From NCBI GenBank assembly GCA_009914755.4, contig CP068257.2, positions 25,632,001 to 25,696,000 on the forward strand: 64,000 bases of DNA. The letters run 5' to 3'. Each line of letters starts with the position of its first letter. Position 1 is the stretch's first letter. The notes beneath the pieces are model-generated. The model was not told where the DNA came from. It ran no database searches and saw only the letters and a program-made list of their open reading frames with translations. The stretch comes from the human T2T-CHM13v2.0 reference genome, Homo sapiens. This document shows positions 14,921-27,566 of the stretch, piece by piece. Both the position numbers and the translations under genes were made by a program.

Positions 14921-15273
14921 GTGTTTTAGTTTGTTCTCATGCTGCTAATAAAGACACACCAGAGACTGGGTAATTTATAAAGGAAAGAGGTTTAATGGAC
15001 TCACAGTTCCACATGACTGGGAAGGCCTCACAATCATGGTGGAAGGCAAAGGAAGAGCAAAGGCACATCTTACATGGCGGCAGGCAAGAGGGCATGTGCA
15101 GGGGAACTCCCATTTATAAAACCATCAGATCTCATGAGACTTATTCACTATCACAAGAACAGCATGGGAAAAACCCGCCCCCATGATTCAATTACCTCCC
15201 ACCAGGTCCCTCCTATGACATATGGGGATTATCAAGGTAGATTTGAGTAGGGACACAGAGCCAAACCATATCA
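14921..15273 (-). mobile_element. THE1-type MaLR solo LTR
   Basis: The reverse complement matches the THE1 consensus, tgatatggtttggctctgtgtcc...ggaggcctcacaatcatggtggaag...tgctgctaataaagacacacc, read here as gtgttttagtttgttctcatgctgctaataaag...ccaaaccatatca. Confidence 0.75.
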
Positions 15274-17394
15274 GATAGCATGCATATGTACATAGAAAAT
15301 GTCAAATTGTTCACGATCAGAAAATGTTTATTCTCTCCCCTATTCTTTTCCCTTTCCTCTGTAGCTGTGTGCACATATGTATTTTGATTATGAATGAACT
15401 CCATTTATTCTTTCACCTTCCAGCTGAGCTCTTATCCCTTCCCTGATTTTCTCTTTCACTTAAAAATGGACTAAGGAATTCCACTCTGTTTATATTTTAT
15501 AGCATATATTTAAACATTTCTTTCTCATTATTGTTGGCTAAGTTTTATAGTTCTTCAATGCTGATTGCTACAGTGTCTTTCAAATCCAGGAAAAATATGC
15601 AACTTTGATAGTCCCAATGTGCCTGCAGATTTGTAGGTGGAAGGACTGATTGCTTTATGATTAAGAGTCTGCAATAATTTGTTTAAAAACTTTAACTTGC
15701 AGGCTGTTAATGATTGGACTAAGTGACTGAGGAAAGATCAACTTTAATTGTATGACTTAACTCTACTAAGAGTTTCATAAACACATTTTAACAGTTTTGT
15801 TAGAATAGTTATCATAACATAAATGTATATATTTTTTTAAAATGTGTAATATTGGGAGTGGAATTTATATGAAAACCAACTAAAACATATTCACCCTGTG
15901 ATGTAGCCCCTTAGCACTTTCATAAAAAGTAGTATGAATGTTCACTTTATTTCAAAAGGATATTATTAGATCACATATAAAAGTTAAATATACCTAAAAG
16001 ATAGCAATAATCTAATTATGTAATCAGTTTTAGTTTGGGAATTATTTTTGAGTAATGATGTAATTCTAAGACTGAAGAAAGTTAAGGGATCATATATATA
16101 TATATTTTAAGAGGGAAAAAGGCCAGTTGTATAAAACGTCAGAATCAACAGGCTGAAAATAATTTCAGAGAATGCATTGCAGTTTACTGTTTTCTGGTTG
16201 ATGTAACGAATGGGAATATGCTTTATAGGGCCATGTCTGACTAAGACTACTCTGTCTTCATAATTAATTTTATATTTTCACTACCTCTTATAAAGTAAAG
16301 AAATTAAATTTCTGTAAGTTTAATACATAATAAGAATTATTCAACTTTATATGCTTTAACATCTTTGGAAATTTCATTGTATTTCAACATATTTGTGAGG
16401 TGACAGGGGAGTCTCAATTCTATTCTCATTTTATTTTCCATTTCTTTGTAATTAAAAATCTCATGTGACATAACTACACCTCACTATAGGACATATCCAA
16501 TCCTGACAATTTTTATTTGTTTGAATCAATCTTTACAAGAAATAATAACAATCTGACAGAATTCTGTAAAAGACGGCCAATCAGCAATCAACTTTATAAG
16601 GTACTACAATATCCTGTAAATACAAGTTAAACCAATTTTGAAATAAGACTGTCAGTGCTTCTATTCTTGTTTGATTTGTTTGGCCTGGGTGCAAACATCT
16701 TCTATATAAGGTATTTTATATATCTTAATTGATGTGGCAGTAAAAAATATTTTAGGAATTTCCTTGTCTGCCAATAAGATTCTGTGATGTATTATTTACA
16801 AACATATGTTCTTGCTGTGAGAGTTACTATTAAAAAGAAATATGTGAATTTTTCGTGAACTCCAATTATAGGAGAAATTGCTTTATATGCCTGTCTGGAA
16901 TATAGTTTACCTTCTCTCTGAACCAAAATTATAATAGGCTTAACAATGCCTATGAAGAATCGGGGCTAAGATGTTATCAGTACTTAGATTTCTTAAGTGA
17001 ATGACCTTTGAGCTATATGGCATTTCAATGTTTTATCAACATAGACAAACACAGAAAGAATCCAAAAAAAACCTACTGTAAGAGAAGCTGAAATACTCAA
17101 TAAACCTTTGCATATTTCCTTCGAAATGAAAACAAAACAAAAATAGCATACTTCTTCTACTTTAAATAGTCTATTGCTATCTTCAGATATTTTAGTTTTA
17201 CTTATGCTGCCTCTCAGTATACTAAGAGCAGTGGAAAGTAGCATAGCTAATCATGATGATTTTTTTCAGTATGCATTTCTCATGTGGTCATTTATTAATT
17301 TAAATCAAATTGGAAAAGACAGGTTATTTTTTGAACTTACAAACTAAAATCTTGAGTAGTGGGATATGATTCCTGCTTATGTGATTCCACTGAC

Positions 17395-17520
17395 TTTTTA
17401 TTTCCTCCTTTATTCTACCCATGCTTCCTCCTGCCTTTTCTCCCTTTCTTATTTCTTTGTACTCTGCTTCTTTATTTTTCTTCATCTCCCTTTCTCTTTC
17501 ATTCATCCAGTCTTTTAAAA
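17395..17520. repeat. Homopyrimidine (CT-rich) tract
   Basis: About 125 bp that is over 95% C/T (tttcctcctttattctacccatgcttcctcctgccttttctccctttcttatttc...). Confidence 0.85.
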
Positions 17521-20502
17521 TATATAAAATGTCAGCAAATATGGTATTATTAAACATATTCTTCCACAGAATCAGAGGCCATTTTTGGCTTACAGTCGAA
17601 ATGATCAAATATACACCTCTGACAACAGCCAGAAATATTCATGTGTTACTTAAATTTATCTGAAATTTATTTCTACAGAATGATTTTAGAAAAATATCCC
17701 CTTCTTTAAAGAATCTAAAACAGAGCCTGTTCTATTTGATCCATAATGCCCTATGTGTCCTATTCAAACCCTTGTATTTTGACTTTCTCTTCTAGTCTCA
17801 GTGGTTAATTACCATTCCATCCCAAGAGGAAAATAATTTTCTTATGATCCAGTTTTAATAACATATTTTACTCCATGGAATGCCAACATTTATGCTTGAG
17901 ATATTTTTGTAACAAAAGAAAATAGCTAAAGGTGTTGTCATCACTTGAACCTAATGGAATTTGCGTTTTTTTTTTTTTTGACATGACTCTAAGAATTCAG
18001 TCAGTGTGACAAATCCCATATCCTCCATTGTCTATGCTATGTTTCAAAAAAAGGTAAGGTGTTCTCAAATCTGGTAAACTAATTTATTACTTTGAAAAAA
18101 CAAAACAAACCTCTTAACAACTAGAAAGTATGTGTAAGCGTGTATGTATGTATGTGTGTTTTATCAGAATGAAATTATTTTCCTGTTACCAATTAATGAT
18201 CCATACAAGTTTTAGTTTAAACTAACTTTTCCTGATTATTTTTGAATGAATCACTGAAATACTTATGTAGGTAAATTGAAATTCCTTAATCTTTGATCTT
18301 CTTAAGCTTAATTGCAATCTTCATGGCAAATTTGCGTATTCTTGGTAAATGCATTTATTTCATTTATGATTTAAATTTGTGCTTATTAAAATAACAGCTA
18401 ACCATGGTTTTTGGTTTGCAGAAAGGTCTTTTTGTAATTCTATTTACTTCTCCAAATTTATGATGAACACATTATTATTATTATTGTCATTTTAAATTTA
18501 AAGAATCTAAATTTCAGGTAAGTTGATTTTCCATTGCCATGTAAAATATTCATTAGAGAAAAAAGCCTGGAACCCGTATGTCACAATTCCTCATTTAGTA
18601 TTTCTTTGATATTTATCTTATAAAGATACAGCAAGGATCTCTACTTTGCTTTGTCTTTTCTTGTGTTTCTTCAATCTATTCTCCATCCTGATCCTTTCAC
18701 AGTGCAAATCAGATTATGTAACTCTGCTGTTTAAAGCCTGTCTTTGGGTTCCCATTGCTCTCAAAATGAAGACCAAAGTCATGAACGAGGTTCATAAGTT
18801 CCTGCAGTATTTTTTTTATCTTTTTTCAACACCAACATACTTTCATTTGCCCTGGCGTCCTTTGCACTCTGGTCACGTGGCTTTTATTCAATATTTGGAC
18901 TTCCACCAAAGGGATTTCCACCATTTTGATCATACATTCTGAAATGCTATCTCCACTCACTCTCAGATTCCCAACACTGTCTTTCTAACTTTTTCATTTT
19001 GATCTCCAGTGAATACCACTTCCCTCCATCCCTGAAGTTTCTTTTATACCCCTGGAATCTTTTTATACAGAGTATGTGGCTTCCTGCACTTATGTAAACC
19101 ACTACTTGGAATGGCATAATCTAATTGCCTACTCATATCTGATCATTTTGAGTTAAGGTCCACTTCCTTGTTTCTTTTTCCTGCTACTAGTCTTTATCTT
19201 GATGAAATATGATTGGATGCAGGCTACAGAGAATTCTTCAGACAAGTGCCCTTGCAGAGTGCAGTGAAGCACTCTGGCTTTGTGGGAGAAAAAGCTATAC
19301 CATTTCTTTATTTTGCTCTTTCCTTTCATTAAGTCTACATATTCTCCCTAGTAACATGCAGGTCAAATACTTTTTTTTAGTACAAGAAAACTTGATAAAT
19401 ATTGTATCTTTAATAAATACTGTAATGTTGACATCTAATGAAAAATTTGCTGCTCTATAAAAACTACTTTGATTGACTATTTCAAGTGGCTACTGATGTA
19501 TGAGATGAATTGATACATGATTTTGTGCTTCACAATACAATTCTGTTTTTTAATGAATCTCAGCAGTTTTCTATATTCACCAGACATTGTGTTAGAGTTT
19601 CCAAGCGAGTTTCCAAATCCTGTTGACTTTAACAATAAATCTTGCTAATAACTATTTTCTGGAAAGAATATTTTCTTTACCATAAAAAAGTATGTATCTG
19701 CTTTTCTCAGCTTGGCAGACTCTGTATACATTGTTCTCCACTGCGTGGTGACTACACTGACTACAACCTCAAATGTAGCCAAGGGCAAATGATCACTGGC
19801 CAACTTGATCAGCCAAAAGATAACTTTATTTACTAAATTGCATATTTCAAGGGAGTAAAAAGGGATAAACTTTTTGAACAGATTTTCAATTATTAATTTG
19901 TTGGATGCATGAATATTTAGTAAGGGTTATAAGTAATGAGGATATAAGTTGCCAGGCACAGTATAAGTGATATATTAAAAATTGTTGAATGAAATACACA
20001 GGACGATATGGAAGAATCTCACCAACATAACACTGAGTTGAAAGAAGCTAGATGCAAAGGAAGGATATTATATGATTCACATAAAGTACAAAAACAGGCA
20101 AAACTAATTTATTCTGAGAGAATGCAGGATAGCAATTAACCACTGGAGAGAAGCAATGCTTAATGGGAAACATAAGAGGGTGGATGTGGCCTTTGTGGGC
20201 CTAGTCATGCTCTGCTTCTGGTGTACATGCTGATTACAAAGTAATGCTCAGTTTATGAAAATTCAAGCAGCTGAAAATTTACAAAGTAGATGCATATTAT
20301 AATTGAATAAATGAAGATATAGTATTTTCTATAACCTTAATATAAATAAAGAAATATATGTTAGGTTTATTGTAAAAGGAATCAAATATGTCTTTTCCTC
20401 ACAGTTGCAAAATGCATTGAAATTTTACATATTGATAATCTTCTTCATATAGACATATATCATCAATTGACTATATTGTTGTTTCACACATTGTTTAGTA
20501 GT

Positions 20503-20824
20503 TTAAAGTTTTGGTTTTGTTTTGGTTTTTCAGAGACAGGGTCTCACCCTGTTACCAAGGCTAATGTGTATGGCCTAGTCTTAGCTTACTGCAGCCTTGA
20601 ACTCCTTGGACTTAAGTGATCCTCCTGCCTCCACCCGTTGAGTAGCTGAGATACAGGTGTGTCACTATGTTCAGCTAATTAGAAAAACAACAACACCAAA
20701 AAACTGTAGAGACAGGTTCTGACTATGTTGTTCAGGTTGGTCTCAAACCCCTAGCTTCAAGCAATTCTCCTGTCTCAGCCTCCCGAAGTGCTGGGATTAT
20801 AGGTGTGGGTCACCATGCCTAGCC
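20503..20824 (-). mobile_element. AluJ-like SINE (old, diverged) with (GTTTT)n-like tail
   Basis: cagagacagggtctcaccctgttaccaaggctaatgtg...ctgggattataggtgtgggtcaccatgcctagcc, with both monomers recognisable. Confidence 0.85.
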
Positions 20825-20850
20825 TTGACAAATTGTTGTTGATTTAGTGG

Positions 20851-21202
20851 TGTATTAGTCTGTGCTCATGCTGCTAATGAAGACATACCTAAGGGAGTGG
20901 GTAATTTATAAAGAAAAGAGGTTCAATGGACTCACAGTTCCACATGGCTGGGGAGGCCTCACAATCACGGTGGAAGTCGAAGGAAGAGCAAACGCAAGTC
21001 TTACACAGCGGCAGGCAAGAGGCAAGAACTTCCCTTTATAAAAGCATTGTATCTTGTGAAACTTATTCACTATAATGAGAACAGCACAGGAAAAAACCCA
21101 CCTCCATGATTCAATTACTTCCAACTGGATTTCTCCCACAGCATGTGGGGATTATGACAATTCAAGGTGAGATTTGAGTGGGGACACAGCCAAACCATAT
21201 CA
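20851..21202 (-). mobile_element. THE1-type MaLR solo LTR
   Basis: tgtattagtctgtgctcatgctgctaatgaagacatacc...ggaggcctcacaatcacggtggaag...ggggacacagccaaaccatatca is the reverse complement of the THE1 consensus. Confidence 0.75.
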
Positions 21203-22070
21203 AGTGGTACCATAGTTTTTGCAGGAGAAGAGCAAGCAAATTCAAATACAGTTCTATTTTTCATTCTTCTCCAAATAAGAACATGTTTACTAATAGTTCT
21301 GGCCTTTTGGTTCCTTGATGTCAATAAATTGAAGATAGGATAATCCGACATCAGTTCCTTGAGATATTGTGTGCTCATTTTTGGGACAAGAATTATATAG
21401 ATATAAGACACTTACTTTCTTTTAATAGCACACCATCTCCCAGCATACCATTCTTCTCTTTTTATTCATCTCTTAACAAGAATGTAACTACTCATATAGC
21501 ATGAAAATGACATAGAGAACAAAAATTATTAAAGCTCCACTTGTTTAGCTCAAGTAAAGGGTGTTAATCACAATAATGCACAGAGAAATAAGGATACAGC
21601 CAACTCCATTAAAATAACTATACAATCAGATATATCTAGGAGACTGAGATATAATTTCAGAGCAGAAAAATAGTTGATAATCAGAGGGAGGTTATAATGG
21701 ATATTGTGGTGACTTCCCAGAGCCACATTTAGAATGGAGGCACCCACTGTTATAGCCACTGGCATTGGTGCTCTTGGAATTGCCCTCAGCTGAAAAGAAC
21801 TGCTTTGCCTAAAGTCAGGCCTCCTCTCTGGTGTGAAGACCTTGTCTAATGACAGATTAAAATAATGTGTGAAGGTCTGTCTCCTTTGGCTTAGTGAGTG
21901 TCAACTCTGCAGGGCTGGCTCATCTCCAGATCTCCTCTTGAGGTTGTTGTGAATGTATCACTGTTCATCATTGCCTCCTGCCCAATCCTATTTTTTTCAC
22001 CCTCCACAGTCATTGTTCTTGCAACCACCCCCCAATAAAATCCCTGTGTACAAACATCTGTCTCAGGGTG

Positions 22071-22451
22071 TGTATTATTCTGTTCTCACACCACTAATAA
22101 AGACATACCTGAGACTCTTCCTTTTATAGAGGAAAGAGGTATAATTGACTCAAAGTTCAGCATGGCTGGGGAGGCCTCAGGAAACTTACAATCATGGAGG
22201 AAGGCAAAGGGGAAGCAAGGTGGTACCTTCTTCATAAGGCGGCAGAAAGGAGAAGTGCAAGCGGGGGAAATGCCCTCTCTTATAAAACTATCAGATCTTG
22301 TGAGACTCACTTATTATAATGAAAACAGCATGTGGGAAACGGCCGTCATGATTCAATTACCTTCACCTGGTCCCGACCTTGACACATGGGGATAATGGAG
22401 ATTATAATTTAAGGTGAGATCTGGGGGAGAACACAGATCCAAACCATATCA
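22071..22451 (-). mobile_element. MST/THE1-type MaLR solo LTR
   Basis: tgtattattctgttctcacaccactaataaagacatacctgagac...ggaaacttacaatcatggaggaaggcaaagggg...cacagatccaaaccatatca. The MST-like motif is aaacttacaatcatgg. Confidence 0.7.
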
Positions 22452-23440
22452 GAAGGCATTTCTTAGAGAAAAAAAAAAAAGACAATTAATATCAAGAGTG
22501 GTCTGAGAAAAACATTTTTAAGATAGGATTTTGGAACTGAGTTGCATTCCTGCCAGTTCTCCCCAAAAACCTCATCACAGGTAGCATGTAGGACATGAGC
22601 AAATCCTTCAAGCTATAATGTTTCATAGTCATGGCATGGGTAAAATGTGCCATGACTATGAAAATGGATAGGATATTGGTGGAAGAGAATGCACTGGCAG
22701 GTCTAATAGGCTAGGCTTTTGAGAAATGCAGGTAAAGAGTTAAATATAAGGACTATAGTATTTTATAGCTATTGCTGGAGAAAATGTATGCAAAAGAGGA
22801 AGACAATGGAAAGATGAAGATAATCCACAATTAAAGACTAAATGTGAAAGCTACAGGCTTCATGAGCAAGATACAAAGTAGAGATTAGATTGGCTGGTTG
22901 GTTACCCATCTGGAATGAGAAATATTGGAAGATAAGGGACAAGGAAATCTAAGTATGTCTCATATAGAAATAGGCTTCTGGGAGAGAGAAAAAATTATTA
23001 AATCCTTTTTGCATGTCAATGCCTATCGGGAGCACCTTTTCTGAAGTCCCACACCTTCTCTTGCTCTCACTTCCTTTCTGTTTGAAGAACTTCCTTTAGC
23101 CATCATTTAACAGTTGGCTTGCTAGCGAAATATTTTAATTTTATTACATTTGAAAACGTCTGTATTTCCTCGTTACTCCTGGAAGATATTTTTGCTGAAT
23201 ATAGAGTTTATGGTTGACAGTTTATTTCTTTCAGTACTTGAAAAATGCTGCATCACTTCCTTCTAGCTTCCATTGTGGAAAAGAAAGTCACCGTTATTCA
23301 AATTGGTGTTCCCCTGTAACACTCATTTGTCTCTGGTTGGTTTCAAAATATTTGTCTTTGTCATTAGTTGACAAAAATTTATTTATTTAGGTGTCTTGGC
23401 ATGGATTTCTTTGGGTTTATCATACTTAGGGTTTCATCTA

Positions 23441-23804
23441 TGATATGGTTTGGCTGTATTTCCACCCAAATCTCACATTGAATTGTAATAGTCCTCATGT
23501 GTCAAGGGTGGGGCCAGGGGCCAGGTGGAGATAAATGAATTATGGGGGCAGTTTCCCCCATACTATTCTCATGGTAGTGAATAAGTCTCATGAGATCTGA
23601 TGGTTTTATAAATGGGAGTTCCCCTGCCCAAGCTCTTGCCTGATGCTGTGTAAGACATGACTTTGCTCCTCATTCTCCTTCTGCTATGATTATGAGGCCT
23701 CCCCAGCCATGTGGAACTGTGAGTCAATTACACGTCTTTTCTTTATAAATTACCCAGTCTCGGGTATGTCTTTAGTAGCAGTGTGAGAACAGACTAATAA
23801 ACAA
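23441..23804 (+). mobile_element. THE1-type MaLR solo LTR
   Basis: tgatatggtttggctgtatttccacccaaatctcacattgaattgta...gaggcctccccagccatgtggaactgtgagtcaatta...cccagtctcgggtatgtctttagtagcagtgtgagaacagactaata. Confidence 0.75.
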
Positions 23805-24011
23805 TCAGCTTCTGCGATCTCAAATTTCTGTCTTTAACCAATTCAAGAGTTTTCAGCCATTATTTTCAAATAATATTTGTGTTACCCTCTTTATTCTTCT
23901 GAAACTTTGCAGCTAGAAATCTCAGCTCTTCTGTTGCTGTTCCTCAGGTTTCTGACATTCTGTTCATTTTTTCTGTAGAGTTTATTTTTATTATTTTAAT
24001 TTTAATGTAAT

Positions 24012-24220
24012 TATTTTGAGACAGGGTCTTACTTTGTCACCCTCCAACCTCAACCTCCTGAGTAGCTGGGACTATAGGCACATGCCACCATTCCTGGCTT
24101 TTTTTTTTTTGTAGAGATGGGGTTTTCCATGTTGCTCAGGCTGGTCTCAAACTCAGGAGCTCAAGTGATCTACCCACCTTGGTGTCCCGAAGTGCTGAGA
24201 TTATAGGCATGAGCTACCGT
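24012..24220 (-). mobile_element. Alu SINE with internal deletion
   Basis: ttttgagacagggtcttactttgtcaccc[deletion]tccaacctcaacctcctgagtagctgggactataggcacatgcc...gtgctgagattataggcatgagctaccg. Confidence 0.85.
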
Positions 24221-24649
24221 ATGCAGCATTTACAATCCATTTTTAATCCATTGTTCAGACTGAGAAAATTTGATTGACATATTCTAGAGACTCCACTTTA
24301 ATGACAAAGCAATCCAGTGAGTTCTTTTTCTTCTGGTTGTATTTTTCAGTTCCATAATTTCCAGTTGGTTCTTTTATATAACTTCTATTTCTTTGCTGAA
24401 ATTTTCTTTATTTTTTATTTTAAGATAACTTATAATTGTTTTTTAAAGGATTTTTATGAAGGCTGCATTAAAGTCCGTTTCCGATCATCTCAACAGTTGA
24501 TTCTTTTCGGTTTTGGTCTCTATCATTTTTTTCCCATTCAAGTTGTAATATTTTATTTTTCATTTGAATATTACATTATGAGACTCCAGATCCTATTTAA
24601 TCTTAAAGTATAGTGCAAGAGTGGAGTGAGTTTCTATGTTCTGCTTTAT

Positions 24650-25495
24650 TCTCATCCCCACTGGTACCACCCAAGCGAAGGCAGACAGCTGACTCACACT
24701 GCTTCATTGGAGACAGGTGCAGTATAAGCTCAGCTCCTTTCTAAGCCCCACTGACATGAGAAAATGGAGAAGCAGAGGTCTGAATAATACCGCTTTGTGC
24801 TTCTGGGTAGGAGTCGTAGGTCAGCTCCTTTCTAGGCCTCACTGGCACCAGGGGAGGAGAAGGAAGGAAGTGGAGTACAAACTAGCCTTGCCTCTGTCCG
24901 CCTTGTTCTGTCTCATTGATATTGGGTAGATGAGGAGACTTATTGTTCCCCTGGACCCTACTGATACCAGAGATGTGGGCAGAGTGCTGCCATCTGGAGA
25001 TGGAGATTCAGGATCTCATTGGGTTCTGACAACACAGAAGGCTGAGTGGGTGTGTGGGAAGAATGATGCCTAGCTGTGAATATCCTGCCTCTGCATTGCC
25101 TTGTTGTTGGATTCCACCAACGCTACCTTGGTGGGAGAATTGCAGCATTACCTCTTGTACAAACAAGAGATTGAGATCAGTACCATTTGGTCCCTGTTAT
25201 ACTAACCCAGTAGGTGAATTAGATTGTTGTCATCTACTTCCACTAGAAGAGGTTTGCATAATAAACTCCTTTCTCTGCACTGTTAACAATATCCAGCTGT
25301 GAAATAGAAGCTCCATCTGCTTCTGCATGACTGGGAATGGAAGATTAGTTGTTTGCTCAGTGCTGCTGACACCATAGTTTTTCCATTGGGAAAATTGGAG
25401 CTCTACTCCCTGCCTCTGCAAGATAGCTTGGTGAGACAGAAGATCAGCTCCTCACTCAGCCTCACCGAAACTGTAGGGTGGGGAGAGGGTATGTT
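24650..25495 (-). mobile_element. L1PA-like 5-prime UTR (and start of ORF1) fragment, 3-prime truncated
   Basis: The plus strand resembles the antisense of the primate L1 5-prime UTR, e.g. ...cagctcctcactcagcctcaccgaaactgtagggtgg against the L1 antisense cgctcacgctgggagctgtagaccgg. A cagctcctttctaRgccYcactg motif repeats about three times. Confidence 0.45.
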
Positions 25496-25618
25496 GATGT
25501 TTTTTATTGGTGTTTGGCTGGAGTAAGGCAGCAATTGCTGGAATGGTGTTCTGTTGTTTGGCCACCTGGCCACTTTTTCCTAGTACTTTGGCTAATAGGA
25601 ATTGGTTTTTCTTCCAGG

Positions 25619-25685
25619 TTTTTTTTTTTTTTTTTTTTGGTGTTCTATTGGCAGTTATAAGTGGGCAATTAAAAAAAAAAAAAAA
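25619..25685. repeat. T20 - 32 bp - A15 inverted homopolymer pair
   Basis: tttttttttttttttttttt ggtgttctattggcagttataagtgggcaatt aaaaaaaaaaaaaaa. Confidence 0.9.
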
Positions 25686-27265
25686 CCTGGGAACTCACCA
25701 CCATGTTCCCCAAGTCTCAAGGTCACTAGTCAGCCTACTTTCTTTGTTAACATTTCAGACTTTTTAAATGCTTGTTTGTTGTGTTATATCCAATGGTTTT
25801 TAGTTATAAGAGGGAGAACCTTGGTTGTATTAGGGCGATCCCATCTTGACTGTAAACTGGAGTACAACTGGTGATAAAGGAGTGTGAAAGACTGCCCTCT
25901 GAAGGGTTTGCTCAGTGCCAGAGATCTTTTGAGATTGCTAAGAGTATATCAAATTTAAAGTCCTCCCTCTGTCTAATCCCAAATGTGTGACTCTTCTGAA
26001 CGAGGTGTTCTGAAGAGCACTCCCTAGAAAACTGCCTGAAAGCAAATCTAAACCTCAGGGTCTGTTTTCCATAGAGCCTGAGGTAAGACATAGACCTATG
26101 AGCTTGTTACATCTCAGGAGGAAGAGGTGGTCATGTGATCTTTCCCAGTCTGCAAATATAATGTCCATGTTCTTTCAATCTCAGTGTCTGACATTTCCAA
26201 AGGAACTGTCATTATATTCTGCATATCTTTGTGTACTTCCTAATATTTAGTCATTGTTTCTGCTTATGTATCATTTCTATTCCTTTTTAATTTGTATTGG
26301 CTTATTTCATGAACTGGTGGGAATTTGGGTATCTGACACTCAAAAACGTTTGTGAAAAATTTGATTGATACAAGTTAATCATTCTCATTTAACAAAAGAA
26401 CTAGCTTTTGTGTCAATGTACTCCATAGAATTCTGGTCACCCTAGAGTTTGTTAGGTTTGGATTAGATGCTCAGCTCACTCCTAGCCCAATCAACTATGA
26501 CAAGCGGGGTTTAGAAATATGTTATAACTATTTCCATTTCCCTCAGTAGAATTCTGGGTTTGAAAACTTCCAGAAGGGCTCTGGGTGTGGCACATTTTCT
26601 CTCGTTTTACTTTTTTATTTTTGAATTCTATACTGGTCATTCTTTATTTACATTTGTTTTTCTTTTATTCCTGCTTCTCTGTATCTTTGGCCAGAAGCCT
26701 GTCTGTGTCTTATATACTTTAACCAAAATCTGGCACTTGGCTTGTTTTACTTTTCTGGGTGGCATCGTTACTTTACCCACACTGTTTCCACATTTTGGTG
26801 TATCCACCCAGTGGTTGAAAGGACTACAGGGCACTTTCTAGTAAATTATTCTAAGATACAGCAACTGAAGCACCACCGTATTTCAAAACATAATCAGAGA
26901 CCTATAAGTCACCATGAAATGAAAGATTCGTTTACAATTATGACTGTAACAGAAATGTTAAATCCTGTAGCTTCTAATGCTTACTAAGTTTCGTTGAGGT
27001 TGGGTTTCACACATGGTTCCCATCTTCACAGGGAATATACATAAAACAAAAGAACAAAATACAATGAGTGGAGGAAATAGCCAATGTTTTTGGTTATTGG
27101 GCACATAATCCCCCTCAAATTAATCACATTCTTTGTCAGAAAGAGATTTATATTTCCTACCCAAGGAAAGGACAAGAGACCTTTTCCAAACTTGTAGATG
27201 TTTGACAGTCTCCTTTCACCATGATATACTCTCTTATTTCGTTTTCTCCCCACCTCTTATTCTTA

Positions 27266-27566
27266 TTTTTTATTTTTATTTTTTTTTGAGTCAGAGTCTC
27301 GCTCTGTCACCCAGGCTGGAGTGCAGTGGCACTATCTCAGCTCACTGCAGCCTCAGCCCCCTGAGTTTAAGTGATTCTCATGCCTCAGCCTCTGAGTAGC
27401 TGGGACTACAGGTGTGCACCACCACACCCACCTAATTTTTGTATTTTTAGTAGAGAAGGAGTTTTGCCACATTAGCCAGGCTGGTCTTGAACTCTTTACC
27501 TCAAGTGATCCACTCGCCTTGGCCTCCCACAGTGCTAGGATTATAGGGATGAGCCACCATGCCTGC
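27266..27566 (-). mobile_element. Alu SINE (AluS/J-like)
   Basis: ttttttttgagtcagagtctcgctctgtcacccaggctggagtgcagtgg...ctaggattatagggatgagccaccatgcctgc. A diverged TSD (cctcttattctt / cccatattcttt) is possible. Confidence 0.9.

Noticed and set aside
20851-22451. Two same-orientation MaLR LTRs 865 bp apart as the 5-prime/3-prime LTRs of one THE1 provirus
   Set aside because: The LTRs differ substantially (THE1-like ggcctcacaatcacggtggaag versus MST-like ggaaacttacaatcatggaggaag). Paired LTRs of one element should be each other's closest relatives. The spacing is also much shorter than a MaLR internal region.
25478-25874. Three overlapping plus-strand ORFs (60-90 aa)
   Set aside because: They are driven by the T20 and A15 homopolymers, giving poly-F and poly-K stretches. 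There is no coding signal.
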